This document shows, one piece after another, positions 1 through 6,450 of a stretch of DNA of 64,000 bases. The notes below the pieces were generated by a model. The model was given only the letters and a program-made list of their open reading frames with translations. It searched no databases and was not told the DNA's origin. Position numbers and translations under genes: made by a program. The stretch is from contig CAWJLF010000012.1 in the NCBI GenBank assembly GCA_963843635.1, positions 33,829-97,828 on the forward strand. The letters are read 5' to 3'. This DNA is from an uncultured Bacteroidales bacterium. Its GTDB lineage: Bacteria > Bacteroidota > Bacteroidia > Bacteroidales > VadinHA17. The number at the start of each line of letters is the position of its first letter. Position 1 is the first letter of the stretch.

Positions 1-588
1 CCAATTAAACAAAAGTATGGATATTCAATAAGCGGTAGTATTAGTCTTATTGATCCCTATAACGGACAACTCTGGGATATTTATCAAGTTAAAATAAGTA
101 TACCATATGCATACCCTAATATAATACCATCTACTTTTGAGCTGGGTAAAAAAATAGGTTGGATTCATGAGAACCACATAGATTCTGAAGGTAAGTGTTG
201 TCTAGCTCCAAGGTTGGAAGAATATATTATTCTTGGCAAGAAATATTCATTGGTTGATTATATAGACAAATTGGTTATCCCGTTTTTTGCTAGCCACAAA
301 TTAAAAGAATTGCATATTGATGAAGGGATTGGTGAATATTCTCATTTCGGTTCAGGAATAATTCAATACTATGAAGAAAAATTTGGAACAACGGATATTA
401 AAACGATTTTAGAATCACTTTATATTCTATCCAATAAAAGGCACTTTGAGCGGAACAAAAAGTGTTTTTGTGGATCAGGAGAAAAATATAAATATTGTCA
501 TCTCAAAAAATTGTCTAACTATCAAATTTTTGATCGGAGAATTTTTCTAGAAGATTTGAAGGATATTGAAAAGATAGTTAAAAAGTGA
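1..588 (+). CDS. 5'-truncated CDS: UBC/E2-fold (prokaryotic E2-like) protein with C-terminal SEC-C zinc-binding motif
   Basis: Frame 1 is open from nt 1; the listed ORF 214..588 only starts at an internal TTG. ...VKISIPYAYPNIIPSTFELGKKIGWIHENHIDSEGKCCLAP mirrors the E2 core (YPxxPP..F, HPN-like HEN, G-x-C-L). Candidate catalytic Cys codons are at 196..201. The C-terminus has CFCGSGEKYKYCH (nt 463..500), matching the SEC-C pattern CxCxSGxKxKxC[CH]. Confidence 0.6.
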   Translation, partial: PIKQKYGYSISGSISLIDPYNGQLWDIYQVKISIPYAYPNIIPSTFELGKKIGWIHENHIDSEGKCCLAPRLEEYIILGKKYSLVDYIDKLVIPFFASHKLKELHIDEGIGEYSHFGSGIIQYYEEKFGTTDIKTILESLYILSNKRHFERNKKCFCGSGEKYKYCHLKKLSNYQIFDRRIFLEDLKDIEKIVKK

Positions 589-640
589 TCTTTCAAATTC
601 TCTACTGCGATGTGAATAATTATGTAGCTCCTATTTTTTG

Positions 641-712
641 TACTACTAATGAAGATGGCCTCGTAAATATCTGATTTACAAGGCCATTTCGTTTACTCAG
701 TCGGGGTGAGAA
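641..712 (-). repeat. Copy 1 of a shared 3'-flank module (hairpin plus 13-nt motif), immediately after the Fic stop codon
   Basis: TACTACTAATGAAGATGGCCTCGTAAATATCTGATTTACAAGGCCATTTCGTTTACTCAGTCGGGGTGAGAA. It aligns with 2529..2583 apart from a 17-bp gap and a few substitutions. Confidence 0.7.
657..685. terminator. Hairpin between the convergent E2-like and Fic genes (12-bp arms, 5-nt loop)
   Basis: GGCCTCGTAAAT-ATCTG-ATTTACAAGGCC. The single mismatch becomes a G-U pair in the minus-strand transcript. There is no strong T-run, so terminator function is inferred from position only. Confidence 0.4.
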
Positions 713-714
713 AA

Positions 715-2274
715 TTAAGAATTCCTGATATTAAAGGAAGACTCTTTCTTCATTTGTTCTTTAGTAAGATTGGCAATAAAAGCAGCAAAAACACTAATAT
801 CTTGATCTACACTAGCCTTTTCAAGGGCAGCCATGTAATTCTCTCTTTTATCTACAGGAATTACCGTCCATGGATAACCTCCGGATGCAAGCATTGTATT
901 CATTAAAAACCTTGCAATCCTGCCATTTCCGTCCGAGTATGGATGAATATATACAAAAAAGAAATGTCCAAGCACAGCCTTTACAGAAGGTTCAGTTTCT
1001 TCCTCAAGTAGTTCAAATAGCGTTGGCATTGCATCACGGACTGAATCTGGATCTGGTGGAACATGACGTGACTGACTGATAAAAACATCATTATTTCTAT
1101 ACCCTGCAAGATCAGAAGGTTTTAAAATCCCTGCGGTAACGCTTGGTGCAAACAATTCCCGAAACCATGAACCATGGTCACTATAGATTATTGCTCCTGG
1201 GTTTTGGCCTGTAAGAATCTTCTGGATACTTTCTTTTACTTTCTGAAAAGCTTGCCAGTATCCTCTAGCAGCAAGGGCATTTTTATGTTCAATATCCTCT
1301 TTTGAACCAATTGGATCCCAATTCCCACTTCTTACTTTTTCTATTAGTTCAACTGAAACATTGTATCCTTCTATTGATAACGAATTATATGCATCAAGCT
1401 TATAGATATCCTCAACTTTTTTTAAATATTCTGAAATATCCTTTGCTGAACCTGGAGCTTCAGGGAAGTTCTCAATTACAATATTCCTCATCTGTTGCCA
1501 CATAAGTTTTATACGGAGTGCAACAGCAGATTTATCTCTTTCGGACAAAATTATCGGAAGTTTATCATCAAATGGATCCTTTTCACGTACATCGTATCCA
1601 GCAGACTTCATAGTATTGATTATATCGTCTGCAATTTTTGATCTTTTAATATTTCTAAAAGCTCCGGCCAGTCTTCCGGCAATTAAAGAATGTCCACCAT
1701 CTAGAAGTGGATTTAGGATTTCTGATGAATCTTTAATCAATAATAAAGCAGCTCGGATATCACTCGGAGATTGTACATAGAAGCTCTCTGAGCATGAAAT
1801 TAGTGCCATTGTCAATGAATAAATATTGACACCATTTTTAACATATATATCATTTTTCTGAGGAATCTTTAATGTTATTTCCAAGATTGAAGTTCCATGA
1901 AGCAGATTTGTCAGATTATTATTTGCTTTTGGAGACCTTACCAGGAGCTGTTTTGGGACTGTCCAATTTCCTGAATGTATGGATATAGATTGCTCTGGGG
2001 ATAAACACCATCTGCCAGAAAATCTGTTATTTAGATAATCCGAACAGAATTTCCAGAAATTAGTATACCAGGAAGTTGTATCTCCAGGTTTAGTGCCTGG
2101 ACGAGAGGGAATATACCAACCTTTAATAACTTCTTGAATGAATCCATTCTCAAGCAGTCTTTCACGATGTGTTCGGGAAAGACTGCTGGCTTGAATTGCA
2201 GTAATCCCATCTTCACTCTGAATCTTTCTTAATTCTTCAAGTGATTCTGCTAGCTTCTTTGCTGGTGTTGGCAT
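715..2274 (-). CDS. Fic/DOC family protein (class II, self-inhibited) with a long N-terminal AbiEi-like winged-helix region
   Basis: Fic motif HPYSDGNGRIAR (nt 910..945) matches HxFx(D/E)GNGRxxR. The inhibitory-helix motif SLSIEG ([ST]xxxE[GN]) lies at nt 1366..1383. N-terminal ...ITAIQASSLSRTHRERLLENGFIQEVIKGWYIP resembles the AbiEi antitoxin wHTH (..L.rLv..G.l.rv.rGvY). Confidence 0.9.
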   Translation of the reverse strand: MPTPAKKLAESLEELRKIQSEDGITAIQASSLSRTHRERLLENGFIQEVIKGWYIPSRPGTKPGDTTSWYTNFWKFCSDYLNNRFSGRWCLSPEQSISIHSGNWTVPKQLLVRSPKANNNLTNLLHGTSILEITLKIPQKNDIYVKNGVNIYSLTMALISCSESFYVQSPSDIRAALLLIKDSSEILNPLLDGGHSLIAGRLAGAFRNIKRSKIADDIINTMKSAGYDVREKDPFDDKLPIILSERDKSAVALRIKLMWQQMRNIVIENFPEAPGSAKDISEYLKKVEDIYKLDAYNSLSIEGYNVSVELIEKVRSGNWDPIGSKEDIEHKNALAARGYWQAFQKVKESIQKILTGQNPGAIIYSDHGSWFRELFAPSVTAGILKPSDLAGYRNNDVFISQSRHVPPDPDSVRDAMPTLFELLEEETEPSVKAVLGHFFFVYIHPYSDGNGRIARFLMNTMLASGGYPWTVIPVDKRENYMAALEKASVDQDISVFAAFIANLTKEQMKKESSFNIRNS

Positions 2275-2320
2275 TTTTAATCCTCCACTTTATTAATAAT
2301 ACTACTTGAGATCCTAATCT

Positions 2321-2412
2321 ATATCTAGTTTGTTGTGTTGCGCAATATCTAGTTTATTGTGCTGTGTGATATATAGTATATTGTGTTGTGTCGTATCTAG
2401 TTTAATTTGTTG
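2321..2412. promoter_or_regulatory. Four direct repeats with exact 24-bp phasing in the Fic leader (operator or iteron-like)
   Basis: Units start at 2321, 2345, 2369 and 2393: ATATCTAGTTTGTTGTGTTG / ATATCTAGTTTATTGTGCTG / ATATATAGTATATTGTGTTG / GTATCTAGTTTAATTTGTTG. They lie between a candidate -7 box (2413..2420) and the Fic start codon (2274). Confidence 0.6.
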
Positions 2413-2420
2413 CAAATTTA
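2413..2420 (-). promoter_or_regulatory. Candidate Bacteroidota -7 promoter box (TAAATTTG on the minus strand) for the Fic gene
   Basis: Plus strand CAAATTTA equals minus-strand TAAATTTG, matching the TAnnTTTG consensus. No well-spaced -33 TTTG was found. Confidence 0.3.
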
Positions 2421-2528
2421 AGAAAATATTATATCTCAACCAGATAAAAGACAAATATGAAGCGTTGTCACCATAGAAAAAGAATCAGATAAAAATTTCC
2501 AAAACAGATAAGAAGTTGATGGGTTTTA

Positions 2529-2583
2529 TACTACTAATGAAAATGACCTCGTAGATATTTGATTTAATCAGTTGGGATGAGAA
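2529..2583 (-). repeat. Copy 2 of the shared 3'-flank module, immediately after the integrase stop codon
   Basis: TACTACTAATGAAAATGACCTCGTAGATATTTGATTTAATCAGTTGGGATGAGAA. Same orientation and same position relative to the stop codon as copy 1. Confidence 0.7.
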
Positions 2584-3915
2584 TCAATTTTTATTTTTTA
2601 CTCTGACTTTTTTTAATTTCCGAAGTTTCTGATCCAGGTTCTTCTTTAGCAATTCATCATTAGCAAAATTTGTGTACTTCTGTAAGGTTCTCAAATTACG
2701 ATGACCGCTCATTTGCATAACTTGAGCATCATTATAACCTTCCAGGAAAGCGTTTGTGATCATACTTCGTCTGCAGCTGTGGCATGTTATAACATCATTC
2801 TTCAGCACATCATCTACCTCAACAATTCCTTTAATATATTTTCTTTTATTCGTTAGCGGTTCTGTAAATAAATCATGCTTTTTAAAAAGGTTGCGCAACG
2901 TCCGGTTGTAAAAGGAATTCATTTTCAACTCAAAATGGAAGTTGTAATTCTCAATAATTTCTAATAAAAGTGGGTGAACAATGGGTATTTGACTTTCACT
3001 TGCAAACCTCTCTGTATGTTTATGTAGCTCTTTTGTTAATACATAGCCATCAGGGATCTTAGTAAAATCAGATTTTGATAAATGGCTCAAATCTTCATAT
3101 CGTAAGCCACACTCACAGTTAAATATGAAAGAATCAAAAGCAAGTTTATTATAATCACCTTCTATTTTATGTCGTGTCTCAATTAATTTTTGAATCTCAT
3201 CTTTTGTAATATAAACAACTTCCTTGTTGGTCTTTTCTATTTTTGGGAAGAGGTTATGGACATTAAAAGTTGCTATATTCTCATCTCCCAGCCAAATTAA
3301 AAACTCTTTAAATACATCAAGTCGCTTCTTAAGGGTATTTTGTTGCAAATGACCTTTGCTAACATAACCTTTCAGGTTCCGTAAGTCAATCTGGCTGAAA
3401 CTTATCATCAGATTAATGAATTTCTTATCAACATGAAGTAAAAAGTAGGTCTGTTTTTCATATTTCTGAAAATCAGTTAAGAAGTTCTTGAATGATTGAT
3501 AGTTCTTTAATGATATGGATTTTAAAAAAGGATTTGTTTTTTTTGTCTCAAAGAATTGATCATAATACTCTGATAATCCGGTCATCTTGCTTATAGTTTC
3601 CACCGGAACTTTCGTAGCATTGTATTTATTTTTTTTAACATAACGCATGCATTCTTGCTGATTTATTGGCCTGTGGCCACTAACTAAATTAATGTATTCA
3701 TCAACAACCCACTGTATTTCCTGCATATGCCCATTCAACTTCTCATGGTCTTTCATCTTTGTGTTGAAATAGTTTTCAGAAGTCATCTTGTTCTTAGCAA
3801 ATTCATACCTGGTGTTGATTCTTAATACATAATTGTCTTCCTTATAGTAGACATAAATGTACTTGTATCCATTATTATTATATACCTTGAGTTTTGATCT
3901 TTTATAAGTTTTCAT
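2584..3915 (-). CDS. Tyrosine-type site-specific integrase (Bacteroidota type with N-terminal arm-binding domain)
   Basis: C-terminal ...HSCRRSMITNAFLEGYNDAQVMQMSGHRNLRTLQKYT supplies the H-x-x-R...H...Y catalytic residues, and LRYEDL supplies the box-I Arg. The N-terminus is KLKVYNNNGYKYIYVYYKEDNYVLRINTRY. Start is taken at ATG 3915; the ORF track extends to a TTG at 3951. Confidence 0.9.
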   Translation of the reverse strand: MKTYKRSKLKVYNNNGYKYIYVYYKEDNYVLRINTRYEFAKNKMTSENYFNTKMKDHEKLNGHMQEIQWVVDEYINLVSGHRPINQQECMRYVKKNKYNATKVPVETISKMTGLSEYYDQFFETKKTNPFLKSISLKNYQSFKNFLTDFQKYEKQTYFLLHVDKKFINLMISFSQIDLRNLKGYVSKGHLQQNTLKKRLDVFKEFLIWLGDENIATFNVHNLFPKIEKTNKEVVYITKDEIQKLIETRHKIEGDYNKLAFDSFIFNCECGLRYEDLSHLSKSDFTKIPDGYVLTKELHKHTERFASESQIPIVHPLLLEIIENYNFHFELKMNSFYNRTLRNLFKKHDLFTEPLTNKRKYIKGIVEVDDVLKNDVITCHSCRRSMITNAFLEGYNDAQVMQMSGHRNLRTLQKYTNFANDELLKKNLDQKLRKLKKVRVKNKN

Positions 3916-4113
3916 AATTAGCGATATAGGTGGATTTGTAAAAATAGTCAAATTATGAACGAATTATGAACTTTCGGGAACAGTTTGTGAAATAAGGTGT
4001 TTGAGATGTTTTTTAAGCTAATTTATTAAATAATTCTGAAATGCCCATAAAATAAGCTCTAATGATGATTTATTGGGAGGTTGGTTGACATGAGAAAAGA
4101 GAGTATCGGAGTC

Positions 4114-4126
4114 TTCTCACCCCGAC
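4114..4126 (+). repeat. Third, inverted copy of the 13-nt motif (TTCTCACCCCGAC)
   Basis: Exact reverse complement of 700..712. As in copies 1 and 2 (read on the minus strand), it is followed by an A-rich spacer and a hairpin. Confidence 0.6.
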
Positions 4127-4139
4127 AAATGAAAAATGA

Positions 4140-4167
4140 CCACATTGTGAAAACAATGTGGTTTTTT
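4140..4167 (+). terminator. Canonical rho-independent-type hairpin with no annotated gene upstream on the plus strand
   Basis: CCACATTGT-GAAA-ACAATGTGG is a perfect 9-bp stem with a GAAA loop, followed by TTTTTTA. The complement also ends in TCATTTTT, so it could act in both directions. Confidence 0.5.
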
Positions 4168-4258
4168 ATTGATCTGAAGCGTCAACTGCTTGCAGTTGAA
4201 AGCAAAAGAGCAATAAAAAAACCTCAGGAGCGAAGCGACAGAGGTCATTTTTCATTTT

Positions 4259-4477
4259 AGCCACCCACCTGGAAGTCCGCGAGTCACGCGGGAGCGTGAC
4301 GAGCAATCTTCTCTTGCATGTGCAATGGCTTAATAATTTTAGCCACCCACCTGGAAGTCTGCGAGTCACGCGGGAGCGTGACGAGCAATCTTCTCTTGCA
4401 TGTGCAATGGCTTAATAATTTTAGCCACCCACCTGGAAGTCCGCGAGTCACGCGGGAGCGTGACGAGCAATCTTCTC
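4259..4477. repeat. 82-bp tandem repeat, 2.7 copies, nearly identical
   Basis: Units start at 4259, 4341 and 4423 (AGCCACCCACCTGGAAGTCCGCGAGTCACGCGGGAGCGTGACGAGCAATCTTCTC...). Copies 1 and 2 differ at one base (C/T in GTCCGCG). Each unit holds a GTCACGC-GGGA-GCGTGAC hairpin. Confidence 0.9.
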
Positions 4478-4678
4478 CAGGAGTGTTTCCTGAAGGGCTT
4501 AATCTTTTAAATTATATCAACACTTTGTGCTCATTGTGTAGTTTTTAAAAAGATCTGTCCAACATAAAGGGGTTAAGGTTTGTTTACTATAAAATACACG
4601 TTAATTACAGGAAGGAAAAAAATCTTCCAATTTACGGAGGATACACAATTGAAGATATACATTTAAAAAGATATAGTT

Positions 4679-5746
4679 ATGCTACAAACAAAACAAATTC
4701 AGGAACTTCTGGGAAAAGAATCATCATTACTTGGATCTTTTACTCCAAAAATCAGTAAAGAGATGATAACCATTCCACATAGAGAAATGGTGGATAATAT
4801 TTTTATGTATTCCGACAGGAATAACCGGGTACTGGGTAATTTGTCCTGGTTGTATAATTCAGGTCATCTGGCAGGTACGGGATACCTTTCAATATTACCG
4901 GTCGACCAGGGAATTGAGCATTCTGCTGGGGCTTCGTTTGCAAAAAACCCTATTTATTTTGATGCTGAGAATATAGTGAAACTCGCAATTGGTGCAGGCT
5001 GCAATGGTGTAGCCTCTACCCTTGGTGTGCTGGGAATCGTTTCCCGTAAATATGCTCACAAAATCCCTTTTATTGTAAAACTTAATCATAATGAATTATT
5101 GACCTTCCCAAATACTTTCGACCAGATTCTGTTTGGGTCGGTTGACCAGGCCTATGATATGGGAGCTGCAGCAGTAGGAGCGACAATTTATTTTGGCTCC
5201 CCTGAATCTGACAGGCAAATTGTTGAAATCAGCAAAATATTTGCTTATGCGCATCAAAAAGGAATGTTTACTATTTTGTGGTGTTACTTAAGAAACAGCG
5301 AATTTAAAAAGGATAAAGACTATCATGTTTCTGCTGATCTGACAGGACAGGCAAATCATCTTGGTGTAACCATTGAGGCAGATATTATCAAACAAAAGCT
5401 TCCGGAGAACAATGGCGGGTACAAAGCTCTTAATGAGTATGGGGAAAAGTTCGGTAAATATGATGAAAGGATGTATTCTGAACTTAGTTCTAATAATCCA
5501 ATAGATTTAACCCGCTACCAGTTACTGAATAATTATGCCGGACGGATACCTTTAATCAATTCCGGCGGAGCTTCCGGGAAAAACGATATGGCTGATGCAT
5601 TGCGTACAGCAGTTATTAACAAGCGCGCGGGAGGAAGCGGTCTGATTTTGGGAAGAAAAGCATTCCAAAAACCTTTTAAAGAGGGCGTTTCTATAATTGA
5701 AGCTGTTCAATCTGTATATTTAGATAAATCTATAACAGTAATTTAG
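4679..5746 (+). CDS. fbaB: Class I fructose-bisphosphate aldolase (FbaB/DhnA type)
   Basis: Colinear with E. coli FbaB as I recall it: [80 protein letters not shown]. Confidence 0.95.
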   Translation: MLQTKQIQELLGKESSLLGSFTPKISKEMITIPHREMVDNIFMYSDRNNRVLGNLSWLYNSGHLAGTGYLSILPVDQGIEHSAGASFAKNPIYFDAENIVKLAIGAGCNGVASTLGVLGIVSRKYAHKIPFIVKLNHNELLTFPNTFDQILFGSVDQAYDMGAAAVGATIYFGSPESDRQIVEISKIFAYAHQKGMFTILWCYLRNSEFKKDKDYHVSADLTGQANHLGVTIEADIIKQKLPENNGGYKALNEYGEKFGKYDERMYSELSSNNPIDLTRYQLLNNYAGRIPLINSGGASGKNDMADALRTAVINKRAGGSGLILGRKAFQKPFKEGVSIIEAVQSVYLDKSITVI

Positions 5747-5764
5747 TATAAAAAAAGTAAAACT

Positions 5765-6442
5765 ATGGCACAATTAATTTTACTCAGGCATGGGGAGTCT
5801 GTCTGGAACAAAAAAAACGTTTTTACAGGATGGGTGGATGTACCGTTGTCTCCAAACGGTATTACAGAAGCAATAAAAGCCGGTGAACAATTATCAAAGA
5901 TTGAATTTGATGTAGTTTACACCTCGGTTCAGGTGCGGTCTATCGAAACGGCAATGCTGGCTCTGGCTCAGAATAAAAGCGATAAAACCCCGGTCGTCAT
6001 TCACGACGAAGGGAAAATGAAAGACTGGACAATTATTTATAGTCAGGAAATGGCAAAAAGCATTATACCGGTTTACCGCGACTGGCACCTTAATGAGCGT
6101 TATTATGGTGAATTGCAGGGAAAAAACAAAGCTGAAACAGCAAAAGAATACGGCGATGACCTGGTGCATCAATGGCGGCGTAGTTATGATGTTCCTCCGC
6201 CAAACGGTGAATGCCTGAAGGATACGGCAGAACGTACGATCCCTTTTTTTAAAGAAAATATAATACCTAAACTGGAAGAGGGTAAGAACATTCTGGTATC
6301 GGCCCATGGCAACAGTCTGCGTTCAATTGTAATGTTTATCGATAAGCTCACAAAAGAGGGGGTACTTAGCCTGGAAATACCGACCGGCAAACCTCTTTAT
6401 TATGAAATGAAGGATGGGAAACTGGAAAAAGTCAGCACCTGA
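5765..6442 (+). CDS. gpmA: 2,3-bisphosphoglycerate-dependent phosphoglycerate mutase
   Basis: N-terminal LILLRHGESVWNKKNVFTGWVDVPLS carries the RHGE catalytic-His motif. WHLNERYYGELQG and SAHGNSLR supply the second catalytic His. Confidence 0.95.
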   Translation: MAQLILLRHGESVWNKKNVFTGWVDVPLSPNGITEAIKAGEQLSKIEFDVVYTSVQVRSIETAMLALAQNKSDKTPVVIHDEGKMKDWTIIYSQEMAKSIIPVYRDWHLNERYYGELQGKNKAETAKEYGDDLVHQWRRSYDVPPPNGECLKDTAERTIPFFKENIIPKLEEGKNILVSAHGNSLRSIVMFIDKLTKEGVLSLEIPTGKPLYYEMKDGKLEKVST

Positions 6443-6450
6443 CAACCTAA

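Larger units (their letters stand above)
1..4126. mobile_element. Inner end of a putative integrative island (integrase plus accessory cargo); left boundary lies outside the window
   Basis: A tyrosine integrase sits at the inner edge, with Fic and E2-like cargo. The DNA is visibly more AT-rich than the adjacent fbaB/gpmA genes. A 13-nt motif occurs at 700..712 (GTCGGGGTGAGAA) and 2571..2583 (GTTGGGATGAGAA), and as the complement at 4114..4126 (TTCTCACCCCGAC). The right boundary is a guess and no tRNA target was seen. Confidence 0.45.

Noticed and set aside
706-1505. Plus-strand ORFs 706..906, 870..1079 and 1302..1505 inside the Fic gene.
   Set aside because: These are shadow ORFs antisense to a motif-supported gene.
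700-2583. Integron-like attC sites, since hairpins with a conserved core sit at the 3' ends of cassette-like genes.
   Set aside because: The cores do not fit RYYYAAC/GTTRRRY (GTCGGGG / GTTGGGA). The integrase is the Bacteroidota arm-binding type rather than an IntI-type enzyme.
3952-4260. tRNA or tmRNA gene as the integration target next to the integrase.
   Set aside because: I could not fold any cloverleaf. No GGTTCGAATCC-type T-arm, CCA-proximal acceptor or tmRNA tag-like segment is present. The 13-nt motif does not look like a tRNA 3' end.
4259-4477. Possible CRISPR array (regularly spaced repeats); also considered for the 11-bp array at 53198..53306.
   Set aside because: The units are directly abutting, with no unique spacers. 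The unit sizes (82 bp and 11 bp) are wrong, and there are no cas genes in the window.
4166-4548. ORF-track entries 4166..4369 (-) and 4318..4548 (+).
   Set aside because: They run through the 82-bp tandem repeat, so their peptides are just repeated translations of the unit (…SHPPGSP(R/C)VTRERDEQSS…). There is no start context or motif.
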